A stretch of DNA of 64,000 bases, from assembly GCA_026770705.1 (NCBI GenBank), contig JANJGN010000007.1, positions 109,802,001 to 109,866,000 on the forward strand. The letters are read 5' to 3'. Made by a program: the position numbers and the translations under genes. The notes under the pieces are model-generated. The model ran no database searches, had not been told where the DNA came from, and worked only from the letters and a program-made list of their open reading frames with translations. How positions within the stretch are numbered: the first letter of the stretch is position 1; each line of letters starts with the position of its first letter. The stretch comes from Isurus oxyrinchus. Taxonomy: Eukaryota. Below are positions 11,201 through 23,627 of the stretch, in pieces.

Positions 11201-14200
11201 AACCAGGGTTTCCATTCCTGAACATCATCAGGAACTGGAACTGGAAACTGTATGTGTGGGCGAGACAACGATCCTGCTGGTCACTCGTAACCCCCACCAT
11301 CAAACACCCCACCAACACTCACTGATTTGGTTCTCACAAAAAGGAATATGAATTTGAATGACTGCCAGCACTTATGGAACTGTCACAGGTAAGAATTGGT
11401 AGCTTCTGCAGAGGAAAGCATAAAACTGGAATGAGAAAGAAATTGAAAATCAGTTCCAGCATGAATCATCTACTTTTCCAAAACCTGGTTTCCTTTGCAA
11501 CACTGCCCTCCCCACCACCCCACACTGCTTTGTGTGCTCTACCTTTACTGGGATACTCTTCAGTTATCTTGGTCTCACACTTCCCTCTTCCTAATTCTCT
11601 GCCCTTTTTTAGCTTCCTCCACCCCAACTCAAAGCCTAGCACTGAACAAGCCTTCAGTTACGTCCCTAGCCTCCTTTCAGAAGTCAAGCCATCGCTCTCC
11701 TTTGCAGATCACTTTGGGATACTTTGCTACGTAGTTATCTGATTGCACACTTGTCTCTGAGTTAATAGTTGTGGGGTCAAGCCCCTGTCCCAGATTTGTG
11801 CACTGAGAGTTACTGTCTTTCAGATGAACTGTTTATAGTTCACCCCTCTCCTTGGATTCACCTAGTTTGGTTGAAGGGTCGAAACGTCAACTCTTCTTCC
11901 CCGCCGATGCTGCCAGACCTGCTGAGTTTTTCCAGGTAATTCTGTTTTTGTTTTGGATTTCCAGCACCCGTATTTTTTTGTTTTTATCTCTTTCTTAAAC
12001 GGATGTCCTAACTGTTTGTTAAGGTGGATCCTGTAGCATTTATTAATATGGGCATAGAGTGTAAGAGCAAGCAGGTTATATTGAAACTGTATAAGACACT
12101 AGATCGGCCTCAGCTGGAGCATTGTGTCAAAATCTGTGTGAGCACTTTAGGAAGGACGTGAAGGCACCTGAGAGTGTCCACAAATGATTTACCAGAATGG
12201 TTCCTGGGATGAGGAAGTTTAGTTATAAAGATTGGAGAAGTTGGGACTGTTTTCCTTGGAGAAGAGAAGACTGAGAGGAGATTTGATAGAGTTTTCAAAA
12301 TCAGAGTAGAGATGGATAAAACTGCTCCTACTCGTGAAAGGATTGTGAATGAGAAGGCACAGATTTAAAATAATTGACAAAAGAAGCAAAGACGATTTGA
12401 GAGAAAACCTTTTCACACAGCGAGTGGTTAAGGCCTGGAATGCCATTCTGTGATTCTGTGATTACCAAAAGAGTGAAGGGGATCCTCTTCAGTGAACTGG
12501 CCAAAATTTATCCTGCTGATTTTGCCTACATAGCAACAGTGAGTGCACTTTTGTGAGGTGCTTTGGGATGTTCTGATGTTGTGAAATATATTTTCTTTCC
12601 AAGGGTGCTATGCAAATAAAAGCACGTATTACAATTGGGAACAAAATGCTTTCGAAATCATGGCTTCTGCACTTAATGGAAACCAGCAGACTATATCCGT
12701 GATGAGAGATATTTTGATATACAAACTCGAATATAAAAGGTGAATGTGGACTATATTTACCCCCAATGTCACATTAATCGGCATAAAATAAAATAATCAG
12801 ATGGTTTGTTGCTGGAGGAGGGAGAATATCTCCCTGAAGAGATCAGAGGGAGGTTGATGTGAGAACTACTCAAAAATTGAAAGCTCCTTCCTTTCATTCA
12901 TTTCTTGCCAAATGAAACGAATTTATACATAAAATGGATCGGGTCGAACAGATTCAATTTTATATCATGTGCATTTAAATTCAATATATGGACATATCAT
13001 TTTCTTGATCTCTTCTCAGCTGTCTACACCCTAAATTCAGAAATTTCCTTCATCTCCGGCTGCCAGCCTTTCCTTCTTTAAGACTCCCCTTCAACCCCAT
13101 CTCCACCTCTCCTAGTGTCATTTTATGTGAGTCGGTGTCCAGTTTTGTTTGATAAAGTCTTGTGAACTGGCTCAGGACGTTTGTTTGCTCCAAAAGTGCT
13201 ATATGAATGCAAACTTCACCTGGAATACTATGTACAGTTTTTGCCTTCCTACTTAAGAAAGGATATAATTGTTTTCAAAGGAGTTCAGAGACATTTTACT
13301 TGACTGATTCCTGGGTTGAAGAGACTACCTTATGAGAAAAGATTGGACAGGCTGGGCCTGTATCCATTGGTGCTTAGTAGAATGAGCGGTGTTCTTATTG
13401 AAAAATTTAAGGTCCTGAGGGGATTTGACAGGGTGGATGCTGAGAGAATGTTTCTACTTATGAGAGAGACTGGAATTAGGAATCACAGTTTAAAAATAAA
13501 TGCTCTCCCATTTAAGACAAGGAGATTTTTTTCTCACGTTAGTCTGTGGAACTCGCTTCCCCAGCGAGCGGTGGAGACGGAGTCATTAAATATTTTTAAG
13601 GCTGAGTTAGATAGATTCATGATTGACAAGGGAATCAAAAGCTATAGGAGACAGAGAGGAAAGTAGAGTTAAGGCCACATTCAGATTAAGCAAATGGTAG
13701 AGCTGGCTCAAGGGGCCGAATGGCGTACTCCTATTCTTAATTCGTATGTTCACATGTAAATTGTTCTTGTTATCTACTAAAATTTGCAGTTAGTGTTCTC
13801 TGGTAAGGCTGCTGAGATGTGTGTCCGCGCTAAAGAATGGAAGCCTTTACCACATTTTGCAGCCGTTGCCCATCAATCTGGTGCAGAGCGGCAGGGCAAA
13901 AGTCATGCAAGTCCCCTTACTCCTAACAAACAACAATCCTGTCCAGAGAGAAGTTCCCTGTGCCTGTATGTTTCCTCCATAAATTGCATTACTAATGGGC
14001 AGTTAATGTCGCTTGATAAACTTATAATCCTTGCACAGTTAGTGCCCTCAGAACTGAAAACAGTCGAGCTCCACTGACAGTCGGTGCTATTATCCTGAGA
14101 GAAACCTCTGTAACTTGCCCTGGGGGCGTGATTCCCTGTGCATAAATCTCGCTCTGTTCTAACTTCCTTATTTCAATTATTTGTTGATCCCTTAGGTGCT

Positions 14201-17200
14201 GGTGTCAATCTTAAGCTCATTTTTGGATATTTGGCAGGCGGCATATTGGCAATTTTACTACTGATAATTATTTTGACGAGACTCAAATTGAAAGCATCAG
14301 CTGGTAAGTACATTTTTTTTATTTTGCCCCATACTTCTATTTTCTAGGGCCCAGATATACTGTTAAAATACATAAAGGGCAGATTCATTGTGAGGGACTA
14401 AAGAGGACCTTGCTGCACCTTTAAAGAATGAAGCTAATACCACAAGAGCATTGTGTGATTGGCAGTTGAAATGACAATGTAAAGCGGATTTTGAAATGCA
14501 AATACTTAATCTTCTCATTATAACTATCCACTTATGTATACAGTTCCATTTTGCTAGATCAGGAATCGTTATGGTTCTGTTTTTTTTTAAATAACATCAG
14601 TGCGGGTCCAACTTTTAGAATGTAAACACTTTTAAAGTGGACTTAGGCTTTCTGCGGTAACGTAAAACGGCTGATTTCGAGCTGTTAACCGGTTTTACGT
14701 CTCCCCCGGATTTTCCTTCCATTGTAATGTTGCGACCTCTTGCCGACTTTTTGCCGACTCTCTGTCATACGTTTTACACTGTCGCACAAAAGCAAGGTCT
14801 ACTCCATTGGCTACAGTGCCACTGAGACTAATGAGAAGGCAATGCACAGTACATTGCAGCTGATATTGCTGAACACCTTCAGACATCATGGGCGGCATTT
14901 TACACCTGCGGAATTTTATGGTCCAGCCGCAGTCAATGCACTTTTGAACGGCTCGCCACATTTTACGGGGACGTAAAATTTCCTTACTTTATACACAGTA
15001 AATATGCTTAGAATCGAAAGCAAGATACTGGCTTTACTGGTGCTGATTCTGTTATTCAAGATGGATTTGTCTCTTTTAGGCATTAATAGAAATTCTGTGG
15101 AAGCAGCTCACAGAGAAGAGCCGGTAAGATTCTTATATTCCAAAAATGTGGCAAGGAGTGAGGAGGCGGTGTGTAGGAGGGGATACCAATAATGTTATAT
15201 TCAGCCGAGAAGATATTAATTAGATTTCAAATAGTCATAGGAGGTTATAGCACGGAAGGAGGCGATGGTGCGCCTGTGCAGCCTCTTTGAAATAACTACC
15301 TAATTAGATCCACTCCCACACACTTCACCTATAGCTCTCATTTTTTTTATTTTCAAACATTTCTCCCCAGCCCTTTTTGAAAGTTTAATTTCAATCTTCT
15401 TCCGCCACCCTTTCAGTCAGTGCATTCCAGATGACAACAGTATTCTATGCAAAAATCCTCATCTTCCCCTGATTATTTTGCCAATTAACTTAAATCTGTG
15501 TCCCTGAATATCGATGAAAACAGCTTCGCCTAATTTACTCGAACGAAACCTCAGAATTTTGAGATTAAATCTGTCCTTAACTTTCTCTGCTATAAGGGGA
15601 ACAATAGTAGATTCTATAATTTCTCTGACGTCACTGAAGTCCCTCATTCCTGGTGCCATTCCAGTAAATCTCTTCGCCAAGGCCTTGACATCCCCCATAA
15701 AGTGCAAAGACTGGAATGGTGCACGATAGCCCAGGTGAGGCTTGGCCAGTGATTTCTAAATGTTTAGCATTATTCCTTGTTTCTGCATTCTACTCCTTTG
15801 TTTATAAGTCCAAGATAAATACTTATCTTTACAGCAACATATACTTCTGACCACTCCCCCTTTCATAGTTCAAGTTATTTCTAAAATGGGAACTATCCAG
15901 GTGCCTGATTGCTTAATGTATTCATTATTAGCACCAGAAGACAGATCAGGAGGGTCCCAGCTTCTGTCTCCGCTCCTGTTGTATTGGTTGATCCAGGCTC
16001 GGCAACTGCTTCAGATGGTTCAATTGGCCTGAAATCTGTACCTCTGGGTTCAGCAGTGCCGCTTGGAAGTCGAGGTGGTGATTGGGGGCGGGGGTGGGGT
16101 GAGGTGTGGGGGTGGGGTGCCGGGAGAGAGGGTTTCTTAGGGTCTTGGATGCGATTTGCCACCTCGAAATGGAAGGAAGACAGACGCAGACTTCGTTGTC
16201 AGGTCTTCCAATAGGCTGGGCTGGCTGAGGAATAAAAAGACGGCCATTGCTCCAAGGAGGTGAGGGGGAGCTGGAGTTAATTGGAAAGGAGAAATGTGTA
16301 TTATCCATTAGATAGTTATTAACGGTGCTCCATATAATGACGATTTGAAATACATTGAGCGCACTGGGTTCCATGTCTAAAACATTACTCCAACCCAGTG
16401 ATGAGATGTTGGACACAATAATTGAGAATTGACAGAATGCACTTGTGACCTCGTTTTATGTTTGCTGTCTGCATATTACACTCTCAGACTCAGCTCCAAT
16501 TGAGTCTGAGCTATAGAGACGGGCCCGCCTCTTTCAGTATTTCATTTCTTACTTTTACAGGTTAGTCAAGAGCCAAATAATGAAATTGCTGCCTACGCTA
16601 GTCTAAGCTTGAGACACGACAATAGACCCTCCAGACGGAGACACGAGACAGAGCACACCGTCTATTTCCAGGTAAAACCGAGGGATTGAAGCGAATAATA
16701 TCCAAACCATTCCCGCACCATAAAATATCAACGTTCCGTGATAACAAAGTCAGTGTTGACAAACTGTACAGAGTCTCAAGGAGTAATTCTGACTCCAGGA
16801 GACAGAATAAAACGAGTCCTAAAGAACGGTCACCTCTCCCACAGACTTGGATGGAAACAGCAGTCAGGAGATATGTAAATGGATCTGTGGACTCTTATCA
16901 TTGATTTGACACAACAGCAGAGTCAAAATTATCCGCGTTTCTTTGCCGGGTCTGGCTGTGATAATAAATGCGCTGAGCTACACAAAAAAACATTAAACTG
17001 ACAGGTGTCACTAACGCCCATTTTAGAGACAAAACAGGGAACCGAGAACCGCCTGTCCTACACCACCAAGAAAAATGCGAAACCCAGGCAAAGGGAGAAG
17101 AGTCCGGTCTATCCCCAGGTACAGCTCAGGTCATTTATTGTAATACCGCTACGACGGGCTGCAGGAAGTGGAAAAGTCCCAGGTTTAACCTATCAACTGT

Positions 17201-17817
17201 GCTGAGTCGGCTGATATCAGCCAAGGTTCGTCATATTTTTCTCATGTCCCAGAGATCAGGAGATCGGCAGGGGTGGGAAAAGTGTGACTTGGAGTCGTCT
17301 CTCATGGGATAAGATGTCGAGGTTCAGACAATTGAACCTGAAAACAATGCTTTCCAATATAAGCATTCCAAACATCCATAATAGTCCAATAGAAATTCCT
17401 TCTGCTATTTTAATTGAAGTATTTACCTACTCTCTAAAATAAGCTATATTAACAGGGGAACCCATTTTATATGAAGGTTAAACATGAATTCCAACAAGAT
17501 TTAGGGGAGGGCTGCGGAGAGGGGAGAGACCGGACAGCGAAATAAAGCAAAATCTGGTTCCAATCAGAAGGTGGAAACTGAGAGGAAATTTCACTGCAGC
17601 CTTTTTTAAACCTCGGTTGTCTCAATCAATGAGTGAACAATGGATTAACGAGTGATATTAAATTTGACTTTCACAGAATAAACAAAAAGGCGGAGATAAC
17701 AAGCTGATTTACGCCGCTCTGCAGCTTGCTGATTCCAAGACAACGTCAACATCTAAACAGAAAGACGAAAGCAGCACATATGCAGAAGTAAACGTGTCAA
17801 AGAAAGAAAGAAGCTGA
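8211..17817 (+). CDS. Gene A1: non-rearranging L-V(J)-C1-TM-ITIM IgSF inhibitory receptor (NKp30/SIRP-like), 353 or 383 aa
   Basis: join(8211..8265, 8467..8772, 10603..10899, 14196..14303, 15080..15123, 16561..16671, [17029..17118], 17677..17817). All introns GT-AG with compatible phases (1,1,1,1,0,0,0); open frame throughout. Confidence 0.88.
8467..8772 (+). CDS. A1 exon 2, V-like domain with J-like G strand
   Basis: AAKVTSSKVDQFP..GDNVSMFCTFP..VHWWK..DSGMYYC..GDGSGSQLIVC; acceptor tttaaatag, donor G|gtaagt. Confidence 0.95.
10603..10899 (+). CDS. A1 exon 3, C1-set domain
   Basis: VPPSPLKI..LECKTSAFYPNGLTVSWKRDG..DGLYEVSSSL..YSCLVYHVSLEVP; C1 motifs C-x3-FYP-like and YxCxVxH; donor G|gtaaga. 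Confidence 0.95.
10975..11162 (-). mobile_element. tRNA-head SINE in A1 intron 3
   Basis: gggattcgaacccag (B-box on the minus strand); a related copy on + at about 40310-40590; absent from A2. Confidence 0.6.
11865..12460 (+). mobile_element. Penelope terminal fragment followed by a CR1 3' fragment
   Basis: gaaacgtcaac..gatgctgccagacctgctgag (11880-11990); CR1 ORF2 end (12040-12460) with ttctgtgattctgtga tail. Confidence 0.75.
13215..13755 (+). mobile_element. CR1 LINE 3' end
   Basis: YEKRLDRLGLYPL..LWNSLPQRAVETESLNIFKAELDRF. Confidence 0.9.
14196..14303 (+). CDS. A1 exon 4, transmembrane (no charged residue in core)
   Basis: GAGVNLKLIFGYLAGGILAILLLIIILTRLKLKASA; cttag acceptor, G|gtaagt donor. 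Confidence 0.92.
15080..15123 (+). CDS. A1 exon 5, cytoplasmic
   Basis: GINRNSVEAAHREEP; ctcttttag acceptor, CCG|gtaaga donor; homologue at 30977. Confidence 0.8.
15235..15830 (-). mobile_element. Degraded CR1 3' fragment
   Basis: DVKALAKRFTGMAPGMRDFS..QGHRFKLIGK. Confidence 0.7.
16561..16671 (+). CDS. A1 exon 6, cytoplasmic, ITIM-like AAYASL
   Basis: VSQEPNNEIAAYASLSLRHDNRPSRRRHETEHTVYFQ; strong acceptor ttacttttacag, donor CAG|gtaaaa. Confidence 0.85.
17029..17118 (+). CDS. A1 exon 7, optional or decaying cytoplasmic exon
   Basis: TKQGTENRLSYTTKKNAKPRQREKSPVYPQ; phase 0-0; needs an atypical ttttagag acceptor. Confidence 0.5.
17677..17817 (+). CDS. A1 exon 8, terminal, ITIMs LIYAAL and STYAEV
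   Basis: NKQKGGDNKLIYAALQLADSKTTSTSKQKDESSTYAEVNVSKKERS*; acceptor actttcacag. Confidence 0.9.
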   Translation, partial: NKQKGGDNKLIYAALQLADSKTTSTSKQKDESSTYAEVNVSKKERS

Positions 17818-18344
17818 GAATCTAAATACGATCCAAAGGTGGGAGATATTTATGGGTGCAGGTCCAGCGTATTCGATTATACACCGTAAAATATAGATCT
17901 ATCGCTGTTTAATTTATCACAGAAGTAACTATCTGGAGCATCACACGGGTCTCATGTGTCTGTGATCGGAAACATGAACTGGCGGAATTGCTCGCCGGCC
18001 CATTACCAGTCCAATACCGGGCGCTTTCCATACCCAGGACAAGGTTCACAAAACAGTTCGAAGTTATTTGCAAGTTAAAAATCTACTTCTGTCCTCGAGT
18101 TCCCGAGTTCAAATGTGCAGGATGCTTTTGTTGCGATATTATCAACTAATGGTCATCGAAATGTTGTAATGTCACCTTCTGATAGTTTTTACAATGTAGC
18201 TTGCATAGTCTGTGATCACAAAATTCCATGAGGAGTCTCTTGAAGTCGAGGAAAGTGTCAATCTTTTCAACTGTTAAAAAATGAATATTCATATGCATTG
18301 TTTAACAAAATAGCATTTGCCTTTCAGAGTCCACGGTCGGCCGG

Positions 18345-18660
18345 TTACTGCTTGAGTCGACAGCAATCATTTGCTATGAATCTTATCTGGACTCACTCCT
18401 CAAGGAAATGACTGGATCAATCAGGGTCAAGCGACCTGGTTTAAATTTCAAACAATGTTTGGCAGTTAACTGTCAGTCAGGTGCATTCCCCATGGCCACA
18501 CCACTTGCCTACCAATCAGCACTCTCTTCACATACAGTATAAATTGTTGTCACCCCTTTACATTGTTATGCTTGCTCGTGTCCAAATGAGTGCAAGACAA
18601 AAAGTGTAGACATGTCGCTTTTTCTGCAATACTCAAGTTGTACTATCAAATGATTATATG
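18345..18660 (+). mobile_element. Probable Penelope-like terminal-repeat fragment
   Basis: CCAAT and TATAAA boxes followed by a degenerate hammerhead-like gtccaaatgagtgcaagacaaaaag. Confidence 0.35.
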
Positions 18661-19019
18661 CAGTATCGTTCCTTCAGGCATTGAATTAAAGACTTAAAGT
18701 TAGCTTTTAAATTATTTTTCGTTTCTAATCTTTCTTTCCCTTTCCAATTTAACGTTGAATTTGCCCATTCTAATTCTACATCTTTTTCAGTCCTTCATCT
18801 ATTTCTAAATCCTTACATCTCATTGGTCATATACTTTTCCCTGTTGTTCACCAAAGCCTCGGAAATCCAGTTGCTCTCGTTCAGTTAACAGTTTTTAACT
18901 ACAGCAATTTACAAGGGGAAGATTTTCACCTGTATCATGCAGGAAAACATCTAATCAGAAAGCACGTCAGAAGAAGCCTTGTTTCTGCAAATTTCCACCC
19001 ATTGTGAAGGAAAACCAGA

Positions 19020-22000
19020 ATATAACAGGTGCAGTAGGACAGCTGGTCCCTCGACCCTGCTCCACCTTTCAATAAACAATGACTGATCTGTTTTTGGCCT
19101 CAATTCCGCTATCCGGCCTGCTCCTTCCCCACACCCCCATAAACTTTGACTCCTTGGGAGATGAAAATTCTGTCCAACTCAGCCTTCAATATGTTCAATG
19201 ACCCATCCACCACTGATCTCTGAGGAGACAATTCCAAAGACTAATGACCATCTGAGAATAGAAATATTTATTCCTCTCTGTCTTAAATGGCAGACTCCTT
19301 ATTTGCAAACACTGCACTTTGTTCTAAATTCCCCCACATCCTTCTCAAACACACTCAGAAACATAGATATTTCAATAAAACTACATATCATTCTTCTAAT
19401 CATCACTGAGTATAGCCCATCTGGCTTAAACTTTCATCCTAAAACAACTCCTTCATCCCGAGAATCAACCTGGTGAACATTCTCCAATCTGTCGACAGTG
19501 CAAGTATGTCCCTCTTTAAATAAGGAGGCCAAAACTGTAAGCTATACTCCAGTGTTCTTTCACTAATGCCTTTGCAGCTTCAGCAAGGCATTCATATGTT
19601 TTAATAAAGCCTCTTGCAATAAAGGTCAACATTCATAAGTACTCATTGTACCTGCATGCTGACATTTTGTGATTCATGTTCCAGGACACCCTGATTCCTC
19701 TGTACCACCGTGTTCCGTAATCTGTCCATTTAAATAATATCTTGCTCTTCTATTCCTGCTATCAGAGTGGATAACCTGATATTTTCCTGCCTTGTACTCC
19801 ATTTTCCAATTTTTAATCCACTCATCTAAACTTTCTACATTCCCTTTCAGACTCTGTTTGTGTCCTCTTCAAAAAAGGTTTCCTATCCATCTTTATACCA
19901 TCAGAAAATCTGGCTACAATATACCCTGTGCTTTCGTCCAAGTCATTAACATAGATTGCGACTATTTAGAGCCCTAGCACTGATCTTTATGACATTTCAT
20001 TAGTTAGTTTTCCAGCTTGAAAATTACCAATTTATTCAGACCATCTGCCTCCTGATCGTTCCCCAATCGTCTATTGACATTAATGTACTAACCTCAACAC
20101 TGTGAGCTCTTATCCTTTGCCGTAACTTTTGATGTGCGAACTTATTGAATGCCTTTTGGATACCTAAATAGATTCAATCAATTGCTCCCCTTTATCTACT
20201 TGTTACGTCCTCAAAAAACTCTAGCACATTTATCAAACATGATCTCCCTTTCATAAAAACATGTTGCATCTGTTCGATTGCATTGTGCGTTTCTGAATGA
20301 TCTGCCAGTACTTCCTTAAGAATGGATTCCAGCATTATTCCAATGACAGATGCTAGGCTAATTAGCATTTAGTTTCCTGCTTCATGCCTCCATATTTTCT
20401 TGAATAGGGGAATAAAAATTGCACCTTCCAATCAAGTGAGACTTCTATAGAATTTAAGGAATTTTAGAAGGTTATAAGCAATGTTTCAACTGTCGCCACA
20501 GCTACTCCCTTTAGTAACCTAACGATGGCTAATGATCAGATCCAGGATCTTTACTGTCCCATTAGTTCACCTAGTACGTTTTCTCCAGTCATATTGATTG
20601 TGTTAATTTGCTCCTTCCCATTTGTGCCGCAATGTTCTCACTATTGGGATGCTTTTATTGTCATCTATTGTGTGCAGTAAGACCGGCACAACATTCAGGC
20701 TTGGGCTAATGAGTGGCAGGTAACACGTGTACCACAAAAGTGCACGATAATGACCATCTCCAACAAGAGATGATCCAACAATCTCCCCTTGACATTCAAT
20801 GATGTTACCATACTAAATGAACCACATTCAACATCGTCAGGGTTCTTATTGACCAGGAACTGAACTGGACCGGCCATATCAATTTTGTGACAATAAGAGC
20901 AGTCAGAGACAGAGAATTCAGTCATGAGTAATTCACCTCCTGTTTCCCCAAAGCGTGACCATCATCTACAAGGCACATGTCCAGAGTGTGATGGAATACT
21001 CTCCACTTGCCTGGATCAGTGCGGCTCCATCAACAGTTAAAAAGCTCGACACCATCCAGGATAAAGCAGTCCGTTTGAGTGGCACCACCTCGAACATCCA
21101 GTCCTTCCACCACTGATGCACGGTGGCAGTAGTGTATACCATTGACTGCATGCATTGCAACAGCTCACCAAAACTTGTTCGACAGCACCATCCAAACCTG
21201 TGAATTCTACCACCTTGACGGACAAGGGCAGCAGATGCATGGGAACACCAGCACCCGGAAGTTCACCTCCAAGCCACTCACTGTCCTGACTTGGAAATAT
21301 ATCACCGTTCTTTCATGCCACTGGGTCAAAATCCTGTAACTCCCCCCCCCAAAAAGCGCTATGGGTATACCTACACCAGATGGACTGTTGTGGTTCAGGA
21401 AGGCAGTTCAGCACCACATTCACAAGGGCAATTAGGGATGGGCAGCAAAAATGTTGGCCTAGTCATCTCACATCCCATGAAAGAATATAAAAAAGAAAAC
21501 AAGTTCAAGGTACTTGATCAATGTCTCTGCTATTTCCTTGTTACCAATTATTGGTTCTGCTGTCTTATTCTCAAAGGGACCAAAGTTTACTTTAGCTATT
21601 CTCTTCCTTTTTATATAAAATCTCTTACTGTCTCTTTTTATATTGCTTGCGAGTTTACTACCATATTTTAATTTCTCCCTCTTTTTTAATCATCCTTTGC
21701 TGTTTTCTACAATTTTCACAATCTACTAGCCTACGAGTAATCCTCACAGCGTTTTATGCCTTTTCGTTCAATTTAATACCATCATTAACTTCCTTTATTA
21801 GACACAGTTGGTTCATACTTCTCTGAGAGTGGTTAATCCTCAAAGTTAAGAAATATCTCCTCAAACGTCTGCCAATGCTTACCTACCATCTTAACTTTTA
21901 ACCTATTTTCTTAGTCCATTTTAGCTCACTCATCTTCATACCTTCATCCTTCTGTTTATTGCAGTTTAAGATGGCAGTTTCAGACCCAAACTTCACACTC

Positions 22001-22640
22001 ACAAACTGAATTTGGAATACTACATGCAGGGTCACTCTTCCCTAGAAATCCTTTACTATGAGGTATTTAACACATTCTGCCTCATTGCACTTTATCAGGT
22101 CTAAAATAAATTGCTCCCTGGGTTGATTCCACAAAGCATTGCTCCTCGAACCTGTCCAAAATTCACTCTATGAACTCGACCTGAAGGCTACAATTGCTAA
22201 TTTGATTTGTCCAAATTATAAGATGATTAAAATCACCCATGATCATTGAAGTATCTTTCTTACAAGCTCCAACAAATTTTTGATGTTTACACAGTCCTGC
22301 AGTATAGTTAATTTTAGGAGGCCTATGAGCTGTTTCCACTAGTGACACCTTCCTCTTTGCTGTTTCCTATCTCCACCCAAACTGATTCTACATCTTGACC
22401 ATCCTAGCCAAGAGCATTTCTCACAACTGTGCTGTTCGTATTCTTATTAATACAGCTACCCAACTCCTTTTCCTTTCTTCCTATCCTGTCAAAATGTAAA
22501 ATACCCTTGAATATCCAGTTTCCGGCCTTGGTCATCTTGCAGTGACTTTCCTCTACTAGCTATTATATAATATCCATACCTTTTTATTTGTGCCATCGAT
22601 TCATCTATCTTGTCATGAATCCTGCACGCATTCACATAAA
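19020..22640 (-). mobile_element. Long degraded CR1 LINE (EN-RT), interrupted by another LINE
   Basis: EN motifs YVNACRIHDKIDE, HRPP, IMGDFN; RT-region sequence; 3' end near 19020. Confidence 0.8.
20675..21495 (+). mobile_element. Nested CR1/L2-group LINE 3' part
   Basis: IYKAHVQSVMEYSPLAW motif and tail gggcaattagggatgggca..cacatcccatgaa; other fragments at about 5330-5410, 41340-41565 and 52480-52660. Confidence 0.75.
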
Positions 22641-23627
22641 GAACACTGAGATCCATGTCACAGAATGTTGACAGCACAGAAACCGGTCATTTGGCCCTTT
22701 GTCTCCATGCCAGCTCTCTGCAAGAACAACTCTCCTAGTCCCTGACCCCTGTCTTTTCCCCATAGCCCTACATATTTTTCTCTTCAGATAAGCGTCCAGT
22801 TCCTCTTTCAAAGCGACGATTGAATCAGATTTCATCCTTTTTTCATTTTTCTCCTCTGGTCTTATATGCTGGTGCATTCTTATGTTTATACACTCTGACG
22901 CTTCATGTCACACTCTGGTTATCATTACCCATATCGCTACACTACGCTATTGCGTTGGCCGTTCATTTTAATTCGCTACATTTTCCCTCACCTGATGTAA
23001 TCCATGATGTTCAAAAGCTATATGAATAAATAAGTCAATGAGACAAACTGGATTACTTTTTCAGAACCACCCAGTGCACTAATCAAATGGCTTCCTGCAC
23101 TGTAACCGAACCCAATGACCAGATAAACTATGGTTCGGTAATCAAACCACTCAGATTTAAGAAGAAATTGGCAAAAGAACAACAAGGCAGAGGAGTCGAA
23201 AGTATTTTACAAAATAAGTTGCTAGCATCTGGAGTTCCATAGCTGGACGCAGCGCTAGTAATTTTCAGGAGGGAATTGGATAGATGCTTTAAAAAAAAAG
23301 CAGGGCTTTTCAGGAAAAAGCAGAGGAGAGGAACGAATTGTATAGCTCTTTCAAAGAGCCAATCCGGGCACAATGGGCTGAGTGGCCTCCTCCAATGCCC
23401 TGTAACTCAGTAATTCTAACATATATAACACCTTTCTTTCTCTATTCAAGAATCCACGTAATATCAAGTTCATGTTAAATAATGTTTAAAAAACCAGTGA
23501 AACACGACGTTACATGACCTGTCCTGAGCATGTCTTTAAATTATGGCTACAGAAATAAAATAATAATTATCATTTTATGCTTCAAAAATATTATTTCAAT
23601 AGCAAAATCATTTTCTTTTCCTCCCAA

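Noticed and set aside
15893-16416. Overlapping ORFs in A1 intron 5
   Set aside because: No recognisable domain; driven by G-rich sequence.
8211-17817. Assigning the symbol NCR3 or SIRPA
   Set aside because: Domain architecture matches neither exactly; orthology needs a phylogeny.
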